Shown piece by piece: positions 8,688-17,676 of a DNA stretch of 64,000 nucleotides (its first letter is position 1; every line of letters begins with the position of its first letter). A program made the translations under genes and the position numbers. The stretch covers positions 13,688-77,687 of the forward strand of contig JADFZL010000026.1 in NCBI GenBank assembly GCA_015232575.1, in the 5' to 3' direction. The DNA comes from Candidatus Rifleibacteriota bacterium (GTDB lineage Bacteria; Muiribacteriota; Ozemobacteria; Ozemobacterales; Ozemobacteraceae). The notes below the pieces were generated by a model. It worked only from the letters and a program-made list of their open reading frames with translations. It was not told the origin of the DNA and did no database searches.

Positions 8688-11069
8688 TTACTGACTCTGC
8701 TTTGTTTTCAGAGTATCATATTCTGCTTTGGCTTTATTCATTTCCTGTGCAACTTTCTGAGCGTCTTCCTGTCTGCCTTTTGCAATCATATCATTGTAGA
8801 GTCTGTAGAGTTCCTGATATTTTGCATAAGCAATCTGGACTTCTGAAGCATAAGTTCCAACAGGTTCTATTTCACTTGATGCCGAAACCTGCACATCCTG
8901 TATGTTTGCGGTTACTGGAATTTCGCTTGATCCTGCAACTGCACCAATTCCTACACTCTGACCCGGGTCAATTGTCGACTGATTATAAGGATTTGCTCCG
9001 GTAGGAGTCGCATAAGCCTGAGCTGGAATGCTGTCTTTGCCAAACAATTGCGCAATTTTATGAGCTGCCCAGTTTCCAACATAACCACCAACGATACCAC
9101 CTATTACTGTTCCTATCGGACCCAATGCAGAACCGAGTATTGCACCGGCTGTCGAACCAATTGTCTGTCCACCAACACCTATCCAGTCGATGTGTTTGAA
9201 AGCTTCTTTAATTGAGAATTTTCCATTTTTAAGATCACCGGCAAGATATGCTCCTACTGAACCACCAACGATTGAACCGAATGTCGGAGCAAGTGCTGAG
9301 AGAATACCACCTACAACCGGTACTGCTGTAAGGAATGGAACGAAGAATGATCCGGCAGCTGCACCAGTAACTGAACCAACAACACCACCTGCAAATTCTG
9401 CCGAACAAACAGTTTTTACAGCTTTCTTAAGACTTGGCTTTTCACCATTCATCATCTGAGTAACAAGATCAACACCAACAGTTATTCCAGCTGTCATAAG
9501 AAGATTCTTGGGGCTGAAACCTGACTTTACACTATCTTTAACATTCTGGAAACCCTGGTTAGTCATTGCCTTTCCAGCTTCATAACCCTGGCGTAATTTG
9601 CTGGATGTAACTTCTTTAAAACCAGGTTTTGATGAATCGCCCTGCTGTGAAGTCTGTGCTGGAACTCCATCGTCTCCAACCTGGCCATTCTGATTGCCCT
9701 GGTTGCCCTGGTTGTTCTGATTTCCTTGATTATTCTGATTACCCTGGCCTGGGTTTACACCATCATCACCGGTGTTCTGATTATACTGATTGCCCTGACC
9801 TGATTGGTTACCTTGTCCTGACTGGTTGCCTTGGCCACTCTGATTGCCCTGTCCTGACTGGTTGCCTTGACCAGATTGATTGCCCTGTCCGCTTTGATTT
9901 CCATGACCGGATTGGTTGCCCTGTCCGACCTGGCCTGACTGATTTCCTTGTCCTGACTGATTACCCTGCCCTGACTGATTTCCCTGCCCTGACTGATTTC
10001 CCTGTCCGGGAACATAACCATCGTCACCAGCAGTTCCCTGGTTATATTGGTTTCCCTGGCCTGATTGATTACCTTGGCCAGCTTGATTACCTTGGCCAGA
10101 CTGATTTCCCTGACCTGACTGGTTGCCTTGTCCGGCTTGATTACCCTGACCACTTTGATTGCCCTGTCCGGGAACATAACCATCATCAGTTGGGGTTGTG
10201 GTTGGTTTTGGTGTCTGACTTCCACGTCCAAAAAGTCTCGCAAAACGATCTTTGGCACTCTGTAAAGCATCGCCTATTTTACTACCGGTAGATTTTGCAA
10301 CTGTCTGACCAGACTGATTACCAGAATTAAAATTATCTCTTACATTCTGACCAAAGCTGCTGGCTTTATCACTAACTGCCTGCAAACCATCTTTTCCAGC
10401 CTGGTAAGTTTTATTACCAAAATTTTGTCCGCTTTCCCTGCCAGCGGTAAAACTATCTTTGATCTGGCTTCCATAGCCGCTGAGTTCATTCTTTATGAAA
10501 GAACCGGTGCTCTGATTTCCGCTCTGTCCAACGGTTGAAACTTTGCTGTCTGCTGCTGTAACGCCCTGAGAAACCTGAGCATTTTGTGTGGACTGGTTAA
10601 CCGGAACTGTTTGGCCACCTGCATTGGCATTATTGTACTGACCAGTCTGAACAGACTGATTTCCGGGAATATTCGCTTGACCGCCTGAATGATAAGGTGT
10701 TTGAACAGTCTGATTATTAGCTACTACACCTGCGCCCGACGGCGAAGTATTTACCTGAACTGGTTTCCCTGCACTTGTAGCTGCTGTAGTAGCGGCAGTT
10801 GATCCTGCAGAGGAATCGAAAAGAAGTTTGTAGTACTGACTCATTTCGAGTGCAATAGGTTTTCCATCAACATATCTTACGTTGTAATATGTTGTCCTGG
10901 TTCCAGTTTTAACAGGAACCCACTGTCCTGGGGTAATCTGGAAACTTGTACCATCAAGATTGGCAACAGTTGTACCCTGGTACGCCATCAATGGTGTTTC
11001 AAGAAGGAACCCAGCAATCAACACGATACACAACAACCTTGAAATTAGTCGAAGATGTTTTTGTTTCAT
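8688..11069 (-). CDS. secreted protein with Q/N-rich hexapeptide tandem repeats (GNQSGQ)n, glycine-zipper hydrophobic segments and a C-terminal coiled coil
   Basis: Signal peptide (LLCIVLIAGFLLETPLMAYQG). About 180 aa of GNQ(S/A)GQ repeats punctuated by DDGYVPGQ...GNQYNQ. GxxxG-rich segments (GGVVGSVTGAAAGSFF...; IGTVIGGIVGGYVGNWAA). Terminal helical heptads. Confidence 0.75.
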   Translation of the reverse strand: MKQKHLRLISRLLCIVLIAGFLLETPLMAYQGTTVANLDGTSFQITPGQWVPVKTGTRTTYYNVRYVDGKPIALEMSQYYKLLFDSSAGSTAATTAATSAGKPVQVNTSPSGAGVVANNQTVQTPYHSGGQANIPGNQSVQTGQYNNANAGGQTVPVNQSTQNAQVSQGVTAADSKVSTVGQSGNQSTGSFIKNELSGYGSQIKDSFTAGRESGQNFGNKTYQAGKDGLQAVSDKASSFGQNVRDNFNSGNQSGQTVAKSTGSKIGDALQSAKDRFARLFGRGSQTPKPTTTPTDDGYVPGQGNQSGQGNQAGQGNQSGQGNQSGQGNQAGQGNQSGQGNQYNQGTAGDDGYVPGQGNQSGQGNQSGQGNQSGQGNQSGQVGQGNQSGHGNQSGQGNQSGQGNQSGQGNQSGQGNQSGQGNQSGQGNQYNQNTGDDGVNPGQGNQNNQGNQNNQGNQGNQNGQVGDDGVPAQTSQQGDSSKPGFKEVTSSKLRQGYEAGKAMTNQGFQNVKDSVKSGFSPKNLLMTAGITVGVDLVTQMMNGEKPSLKKAVKTVCSAEFAGGVVGSVTGAAAGSFFVPFLTAVPVVGGILSALAPTFGSIVGGSVGAYLAGDLKNGKFSIKEAFKHIDWIGVGGQTIGSTAGAILGSALGPIGTVIGGIVGGYVGNWAAHKIAQLFGKDSIPAQAYATPTGANPYNQSTIDPGQSVGIGAVAGSSEIPVTANIQDVQVSASSEIEPVGTYASEVQIAYAKYQELYRLYNDMIAKGRQEDAQKVAQEMNKAKAEYDTLKTKQSQ
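9654..10187 (-). repeat. 18-bp tandem repeat array (encodes GNQSGQ), higher-order organised into three blocks
   Basis: The period-18 repetition CTGATTGCCCTGTCCTGA / CTGGTTGCCTTGACCAGA is visible directly in the DNA. The opposite-strand ORFs here are artefacts of the repeat. Confidence 0.85.
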
Positions 11070-11276
11070 AACATACTCCTGATTATTCTTATATTTTTTT
11101 TTCTCAATACCATAAAAAATGTACCCCCATGATTGATTTTACCCATTCTGAACGAAGGTTCCCCGTCTTCATTCAAAATCCCCCGGTGTACCTAACACCT
11201 TGTATTCAATTATAGCAGAGAACTTAAATTCCGCAACGTTTTCGTTAAACTTTTTTTGAAAAAATGTAATTTTTTG

Positions 11277-11305
11277 TTGACCAATTGTATAAACGCGGTT
11301 ATTAT
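11277..11305 (+). promoter_or_regulatory. candidate sigma70-type promoter (TTGACC-17-TATTAT) for the OYE gene
   Basis: TTGACC at 11277-11282, a 17-nt spacer, TATTAT at 11300-11305. The ATG is at 11317 with no Shine-Dalgarno, so the leader would be very short. Confidence 0.3.
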
Positions 11306-11316
11306 CAACTCCTGAT

Positions 11317-12417
11317 ATGAATAGACAAATATTCTCAAAGTTTCGCCTGAAAGATAAGGAATTCAAGAATCGTCTCTTCCTAGCCGCTCTGGCAACTCAA
11401 TACGCCGATAAAAATGGAAGAGTCACTGATTCAATGATTCAGTATTACATTCATTATGCTCTTACGGGTGTTGCTTTTCTGGTTGTTGAAGCAGCATCAG
11501 TTTCGAATGAAGGGCGTGGCTGGTCCAGACAACTTTCAGCAAATCATATTGATGCACTTCCGGGTTTAACACGTCTGGCAGATGAAATTGGCGAACGTGG
11601 CTCATTGCCAATCCTTCAACTTCATCATGCAGGAAGGCAGGCGCTTCCTTCAGACAAAAATAATATCGTGGTCGGACCATCTGCGATACGCTGTCCTGTG
11701 CTAAACAGGCCAGTAAGAGTATTATCCCCGAAAGAAATTTCACAACTGGTCGAAAAGTTTACTTTTTCCGCAGAACTGGCATATAAAGCCGGTTTTCAGG
11801 GCATTGAGCTTCATGGTGCTCATGGATACCTTTTACATCAATTTGTATCCCCAATCACAAACAAACGTGATGATGAATACGGTCTGAACAACCCTGAACC
11901 GTACAAGTTTCCACTGGAAGTCGTCAGATCATTGCGTCTTAATTTTCCAAAAATGTTAATTTTCTATAGAATATCAGCGAGGGACTATCTGCCAAAAGGC
12001 TTGACAATAGACAAAACTTTGCCTTTTGTACAACGTTTACTGGAAAATGGAGTTGACCTGATAAGCGTATCAGGTGGAATGTATCAGTCTCTCCACGGCC
12101 CTGAATCTATTGTTGGGCCATCCACTCCAATGGGAGTTTTTAGAAACGATTCCAGAGCAATTAAAGAATTTACAAAAGCTCCGATTGCTGTAACTGGAAA
12201 GATTCAATTTCCCTCACTGGCAGACGAGATAATCACCAACGGAGAAGCTGATTTGATCGGACTGGGAAGAATGATATTAAGAGACAACGACTGGGTAAGA
12301 AAAGCATCAGGTGAGGTTTTAGAACCAGTAAGAGAGTGCCTGCTCTGCAACAGATGCAATTACCACAAAAGAGGCTGCCCTGATGATTCAGATAAGCCTT
12401 TCTGGCTCAGGGAATAA
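11317..12417 (+). CDS. NADH:flavin oxidoreductase, Old Yellow Enzyme family
   Basis: OYE TIM-barrel motifs (FKNRLFLAALATQ..., LPILQLHHAGRQA, IELHGAHGYLLHQFVSP) with a C-terminal Cys cluster. Confidence 0.75.
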   Translation: MNRQIFSKFRLKDKEFKNRLFLAALATQYADKNGRVTDSMIQYYIHYALTGVAFLVVEAASVSNEGRGWSRQLSANHIDALPGLTRLADEIGERGSLPILQLHHAGRQALPSDKNNIVVGPSAIRCPVLNRPVRVLSPKEISQLVEKFTFSAELAYKAGFQGIELHGAHGYLLHQFVSPITNKRDDEYGLNNPEPYKFPLEVVRSLRLNFPKMLIFYRISARDYLPKGLTIDKTLPFVQRLLENGVDLISVSGGMYQSLHGPESIVGPSTPMGVFRNDSRAIKEFTKAPIAVTGKIQFPSLADEIITNGEADLIGLGRMILRDNDWVRKASGEVLEPVRECLLCNRCNYHKRGCPDDSDKPFWLRE

Positions 12418-12508
12418 TTGCACTGCAAGTCAACATTGATTTTTATATTGATATTCAGACAGATTTAGAGTAATTTTTCGCGATTCATTAATTTCGACAG
12501 GAGAAAAT

Positions 12509-13492
12509 ATGTTTTCAAAATTCAGATTAACCTTCGTTGTTCTTTTTTATGTATTTTCAGTGATACAGGCATCATATTCCCAGGGTTTACTTGATTTAAT
12601 CGGAACTCTCACAGGCGATCCCGGGAAAAAAGTTGAAGTATCTTATATTGAAGGTGATAAAGAGTCAAAGAATGAAATTCTGCTTATAAAAATTCATGGA
12701 GTCATTTCTGAATCAGAAGAAGAATCTTTCATGGATGTTAAAAAAGATATTATCGAATCAATAAAAAAAGATGTAAAGCTTGCCCTGAAAAGAGATAAAA
12801 TAAAAGCAATCCTGATTGAAGTTAATTCTCCCGGAGGCGAAGTTACCACCTGTGACGTTATTTATCACCACCTTTCCAAAATAAAAAGTGAAAAGAAACC
12901 CATTGTATGTTTGATCGGAACAATAGGTGCCTCTGGTGGTTATTATATTGCATGTGCTGCTGACAGGATTCTTGCACATCCGACATCAATCATTGGTAGT
13001 ATCGGTGTATTAATGCAGGGATTAAATATGGAAAAACTCGCCTCCCTAATCGGAATTAAGGATGTAACAATCAAGTCTGAACGCACTCCTAAAAAGGACA
13101 TTCTATCCCCTTTCAGAGAAATGACACCGGAAGAAAGATCTATGCTTACAAAAATTATTGATTCAATGTACGATCGTTTTCTTGATATAGTCGAAAAAGC
13201 AAGAGGTCTTGACCGAAAAGCACTTGAAAAGCTTGCTGATGGAAGTATTTTTACCAGTTCTCAGGCACTTGAAAAAAAACTGATTGATCAGATCGGATAT
13301 AGAGAAGATGCTTTCGAACAAGCCATGGAACTGGCAAAAATCTCTTCTGCAAAATTAGTCAAACGAAAAGTTAAAAAGAATGTCATTGAACTTTTTTCAG
13401 AACTGGCTGAAATGAATTCAAATCTGAAATATTTTCTTACAATGTTTGAAAAGTATTCTAATGGAAAAGCAGGATTTAATTTTTCATATTAG
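12509..13492 (+). CDS. sppA: signal peptide peptidase SppA (S49 family, 36K type)
   Basis: ILIEVNSPGGEVTTCD...GTIGASGGYYIACAADRILAHPTSIIGSIGV, with N-terminal signal/TM. Confidence 0.8.
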   Translation: MFSKFRLTFVVLFYVFSVIQASYSQGLLDLIGTLTGDPGKKVEVSYIEGDKESKNEILLIKIHGVISESEEESFMDVKKDIIESIKKDVKLALKRDKIKAILIEVNSPGGEVTTCDVIYHHLSKIKSEKKPIVCLIGTIGASGGYYIACAADRILAHPTSIIGSIGVLMQGLNMEKLASLIGIKDVTIKSERTPKKDILSPFREMTPEERSMLTKIIDSMYDRFLDIVEKARGLDRKALEKLADGSIFTSSQALEKKLIDQIGYREDAFEQAMELAKISSAKLVKRKVKKNVIELFSELAEMNSNLKYFLTMFEKYSNGKAGFNFSY

Positions 13493-13533
13493 TGTTACTG
13501 GATTTTTTAAAAAAAAGGTGTTAGAATACGCTT

Positions 13534-14400
13534 ATGGATAAGGATTTTTATAAAGTATTGGGTGTAAATGAAGGCGCAAGCCCTGATGAAATTAAAAGGG
13601 CTTATAAGTTGCTTGCACGAAAACATCATCCAGATACAAACAAAGATAAAAACAGTGAAGAACGATTCAAGGAAATATCCGAAGCTTACGAGACCCTTGG
13701 AAACCCTGAATCAAAGCGTGAATATGATCTTCGCAGAGAAGCCATGCGCCGAGGATACGGCGGGAGTGGCATGCGCTGGGAAACCAGAGGTTCGCCATTT
13801 GACTTCGAAAGCGATTTCCAGTCGCAGGGTGTTGAAGATTTGCTGAGTTCTTTTTTTGGTGGAAGAACCGGGAATTTTTCAAGAAGATCAGGTTTCGGAA
13901 CTTCGTCACCTGGTTTTCAGACCAGCGCCCCCAGAACTGCCGAACTGAAAGTACCGCTCAAGATGGCTTGTACCGGAGGAAGAATACTGGTGTCTGGTAT
14001 TCCAGGTGGTTCGAGACATGTTGAAATTCCACAGGGAAGTGTTCAGCACAGCGTTGTTCGCCTGAACCTTTCCGGAGGCCCTTTTGAATTAAAAATTCTG
14101 ATTGAGGATGAGCCACCTTTCACTCTGAAAGACGAAAAAAATATTGAAACTTCAATAAAAATAAATCTTGCTCAGGCACTTCTAGGTGGAAAAGTAAAAT
14201 TCCGGGATCCCAGAAACGCTGAATTTATCCTCACTATACCGCCTGGCAGTCAACCTGGCGATATATTAAAATTGAAAGGACTCGGGCTTTCGGGCGGTGA
14301 TCTGCTGGTAAAGCTTGATATAAGTGTTCCTAAAAACCTATCAGAAGAAGAAAAGCATCTCTTCACCGCTTTTGCCGTCAAAGCTGGTTTAATTGACTAG
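13534..14400 (+). CDS. J-domain protein (DnaJ/CbpA-like, no Zn-finger)
   Basis: DFYKVLGV...YKLLARKHHPDTN...EAYETLGNPESKREYD, plus a DnaJ C-terminal-like region. No CxxCxGxG motif. Confidence 0.75.
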   Translation: MDKDFYKVLGVNEGASPDEIKRAYKLLARKHHPDTNKDKNSEERFKEISEAYETLGNPESKREYDLRREAMRRGYGGSGMRWETRGSPFDFESDFQSQGVEDLLSSFFGGRTGNFSRRSGFGTSSPGFQTSAPRTAELKVPLKMACTGGRILVSGIPGGSRHVEIPQGSVQHSVVRLNLSGGPFELKILIEDEPPFTLKDEKNIETSIKINLAQALLGGKVKFRDPRNAEFILTIPPGSQPGDILKLKGLGLSGGDLLVKLDISVPKNLSEEEKHLFTAFAVKAGLID

Positions 14401-14464
14401 ATTTCCAGATACTTACGTAGTAATAGAAAGTTGAATTTCGTACAAATACCGGAGGGGATTAGAC

Positions 14465-16402
14465 GTGTTCTCAAAGCCCAATAATGTCAGGTTTTTCTGT
14501 CTCACTTTATTTTCATTCTTTGTGTTTCTGACATTTACAATCACCCCAGCCAATGCACGAACCCGACCTCTTAAAGGTTTATTTCTAATGCTTGATCCTG
14601 GTCACGGTGGAGCAGATACAGGTGCAATTGGTCCCGGTGGGCTTAACGAAAAAGACGTTAATCTGAGAGTGTCCAGATATCTCAAACAGTTGCTTCTGGC
14701 CGATGGCGCACGAGTAATGATGACACGTGAGGATGACACTTTTCTTTCTCTTCAGGAAAGAGTTGATATTCTTAACAGCCATAAGCTTGATCTTTTTGTG
14801 TCAATTCACCATAATGCGACCCTTGAAAAAGTTGTGAAAAATCGTGGAGAAGTTTTTTTTAATGCCTTTGATGATGCTATTTCCCGTGCTCTGGCACACA
14901 ATATAAGCGATAAAATTGTTCAAAATGGTCTTGCCACAGAATCACTGGCTATCCCTGGAGGTTTTTACCTTTTAAGGAACAGCAGGTGTCCATCTGTGTT
15001 AACTGAAGCAAGTTTTATGACTGTTCCAAAGAATGAAAAGATGTTGCGCACTGGCAAAGCTCTTACGCTGGAAGCTGAAATTATACGTCAGGCAATCAAA
15101 GAAGCGTTTGAAAAACCTCAGCTTAAAGTTGAAGCTGTGACATTGAATCCATCTGTAACAGACAGCCCTTATTTCAACATTATTTTTACATCCAACAAAC
15201 CAGTCATATTTGCTGAAATTCAATGTCTTGAGAATTCCAGCATTAAATTTGGATTCGAAAAACTTCCTTCATTTGGAAACTTCTATTGCCTCTACAACTA
15301 TTCTCCGTTACCGCCTGGATACTTCACACTCCTGACAAGGTTTAAATCTTCTGACAATTCTGTTTCCTTCCTTGAAAAATTAAAAATTCAGGTAAAAAGC
15401 GGCACAGAGCGAATTGTACTCAGACCCCTTTCAGAATATATCCCAAAAAACTTTATCGGAAGCTTTCCAGTTGTTCTTGCACTGGAAGACATCGATGGAA
15501 ATCCTCTGAAATCGAAGAAGGATTTTACCTTTTCTGTAAATGGCGTTTCAGGCAGCAAACTTGAAACTTCAGAAGATGGAAAAGCGCTGATTTTTCTCAA
15601 AATAGACAATAATTCGGGCGAAAAAATTGAACTGACAGTGAACTCAGAAGGGTTATCAACAACCACGATCTCTCTGCCTGTTTTACAAACTTCAAAAACT
15701 GTTGTAATGGGCAAAGCCATTTCAACACTTACAAAGTGTGGTTTAGAAAAAGTCAAAGTTAAATATGCTCCAAACAAAACCGTAAGTACAATTTATGGCG
15801 GTTATTTCTTTTTCGAAAGCGCACCTTTTTTCGGAAATCGCAAAATCGAATTCGTACCTCCTTATGGATATAATACAACTAACACCAATTTAAAACTCAG
15901 TGGTTCTGATTTTTGTTCTGTAAATGTAGATATATCTCCAGTTAATGGGAATTTATACGGAAAAAGAATTGCAATTCTTGCTGAACGTTCTCACGACAAC
16001 TGGATCCGCCCATTCGTGAAACAGCTCATGTATTCCGGAGTAGATGTTTTCAGGCTTAAAATACCTGAAGAAGCTGAAATGCCTGTTGCCGAAGCAATCA
16101 AACAGGCAAATCTTATCGACAACCTCTCGCTAGTTGTATCGGTTAAACATGAAAACTCAAAAAATCTTCTTTTAAGACATTATCACAGGGGTGGCACTGG
16201 AAAAAAGATACTGGAAGCATTAAAAGCAGAATATATGAAGAAGATTTCAAAATCAGTGTGCACCGTAACCGCAGGTTCTGACTATGAATTAGGTCACACA
16301 GGTGCGCCATCTATGGTTATCGTACTTCCAACGAAAGTAAGTGTTGAAAGAGCAAGGAAGATTATGGAGATATTGTATTCTGTAACAGGACGGAATATTT
16401 AG
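14465..16402 (+). CDS. N-acetylmuramoyl-L-alanine amidase (Amidase_3) with about 400-aa C-terminal extension of unknown function
   Basis: LMLDPGHGGADTGAIG...LFVSIHHNA...SVLTEASFMT. GTG start and signal peptide. Confidence 0.75.
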   Translation: MFSKPNNVRFFCLTLFSFFVFLTFTITPANARTRPLKGLFLMLDPGHGGADTGAIGPGGLNEKDVNLRVSRYLKQLLLADGARVMMTREDDTFLSLQERVDILNSHKLDLFVSIHHNATLEKVVKNRGEVFFNAFDDAISRALAHNISDKIVQNGLATESLAIPGGFYLLRNSRCPSVLTEASFMTVPKNEKMLRTGKALTLEAEIIRQAIKEAFEKPQLKVEAVTLNPSVTDSPYFNIIFTSNKPVIFAEIQCLENSSIKFGFEKLPSFGNFYCLYNYSPLPPGYFTLLTRFKSSDNSVSFLEKLKIQVKSGTERIVLRPLSEYIPKNFIGSFPVVLALEDIDGNPLKSKKDFTFSVNGVSGSKLETSEDGKALIFLKIDNNSGEKIELTVNSEGLSTTTISLPVLQTSKTVVMGKAISTLTKCGLEKVKVKYAPNKTVSTIYGGYFFFESAPFFGNRKIEFVPPYGYNTTNTNLKLSGSDFCSVNVDISPVNGNLYGKRIAILAERSHDNWIRPFVKQLMYSGVDVFRLKIPEEAEMPVAEAIKQANLIDNLSLVVSVKHENSKNLLLRHYHRGGTGKKILEALKAEYMKKISKSVCTVTAGSDYELGHTGAPSMVIVLPTKVSVERARKIMEILYSVTGRNI

Positions 16403-16407
16403 CTGAT

Positions 16408-17649
16408 ATGGCAAATGAACAAAAAAATGAAGTAGTTATCGATCAGGTATCAGAAGAATACCGCAAAGAAACCACGTGTCCAAGCTGTGGCAGGTTTGTT
16501 GGAGTTTTTACCAGGTGCCCTTATTGTCAAACTCTTACACAAAAAAGAATCTCTGTACGGATTTTCAAGATTATATCAGTAATCTTATCAACAGTTGGTT
16601 TGCTGCTTATCTTGTTTTTTGCGCGCACTATTAAAACTCCTGAAATTCAAATTTCACAACTTGGACCATTGAGCAATTTTGCCCACGTGAGAATAGTTGG
16701 AGAAGTTGATAAATCCATGGGAATTCACCCTGAATGGAAATCATTGAGCTTTATTCTCAGCCAACAGGATGCCAGTGGTAAAACATCTACCATAAGAGTT
16801 TCTGCATACTCGAAAGTTGCAGAAGAAATTGAGCGTCGCGGATTGATACCAAAAGATGGTGAGAAAATATCCGTTGAAGGGCAGGTCAGATTTCAGAAAG
16901 ACAATCCAGGGCTTCTTATAACTGCAGTAGAACATCTTAAAATCTTGTCTTCAAAACCGCAGATAAAAACCAATGAAGTTCTTGCAATCAGCCCTTCCGG
17001 AGTTGGAATTCAACACCTTGGCAGAACCGTAATAGTTACTGGAAAAGTCTTCGATGTCGCAGGTTATCCAAGCGGATTGACTGTAAGAATCGAGAATGGC
17101 TCAGATGGACTGATTGTATGGATACCATCTAAAGTTGCTGACAAAGCCCAGGCAGCGGTTCAGATTGGCGATACTATTGAAGCCAAGGGTCTTGTGAAAA
17201 AATATCGTGATACAATAGAAGTTGAAGTACAGGCAAGTGAGGGACTAAGAATATTAACCTCTGGTTCCGAAGCTTCCGGCACTCCTTCAGCAGAAAAAAT
17301 TGCCAGCGACAGTGAACTCTCCGATGATTCAAGTATGGAACCCAATTCAGATCAGGAAGATGATCTCAGACCTCTTTTTCATATCGCAAGTATAACTTCA
17401 GAGATGGTTGATAAAGAAGTCAGAATTTCGGGGATATTAAAGAAAATAGATGAATTTAAATCTGGCATAAAACTTCTTGTGCAAGACGACTCTGGCGAAA
17501 TCATAGTCTGGATTGACAACGATCTGGCTGCTGGAATGATTATTCCTTCAGCAGGTGCAAAAATTTCTGCAGAAGGCCCCGTGGAAATATTCAAAGACAA
17601 ACTCCAGATAAATCCAGTATCTCCTGAAGATTTTTCGGTTCTGCCGTAA
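16408..17649 (+). CDS. membrane-anchored protein with N-terminal zinc ribbon and three tandem OB-fold-like repeats
   Basis: CPSCGRF...CPYCQ, then a TM helix, then a three-times repeated VRIxGxV...IxVxG pattern. Confidence 0.5.
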   Translation: MANEQKNEVVIDQVSEEYRKETTCPSCGRFVGVFTRCPYCQTLTQKRISVRIFKIISVILSTVGLLLILFFARTIKTPEIQISQLGPLSNFAHVRIVGEVDKSMGIHPEWKSLSFILSQQDASGKTSTIRVSAYSKVAEEIERRGLIPKDGEKISVEGQVRFQKDNPGLLITAVEHLKILSSKPQIKTNEVLAISPSGVGIQHLGRTVIVTGKVFDVAGYPSGLTVRIENGSDGLIVWIPSKVADKAQAAVQIGDTIEAKGLVKKYRDTIEVEVQASEGLRILTSGSEASGTPSAEKIASDSELSDDSSMEPNSDQEDDLRPLFHIASITSEMVDKEVRISGILKKIDEFKSGIKLLVQDDSGEIIVWIDNDLAAGMIIPSAGAKISAEGPVEIFKDKLQINPVSPEDFSVLP

Positions 17650-17676
17650 TGCAACAACTATAAACAGGATAGTCAA

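Noticed and set aside
9629-10291. Opposite-strand and alternative-frame ORFs (9629-10291, 9755-10270) inside the GNQSGQ repeat array
   Set aside because: These are frame artefacts of an 18-bp tandem repeat. The minus-strand 793-aa ORF has a signal peptide, flanking unique domains and a terminator.
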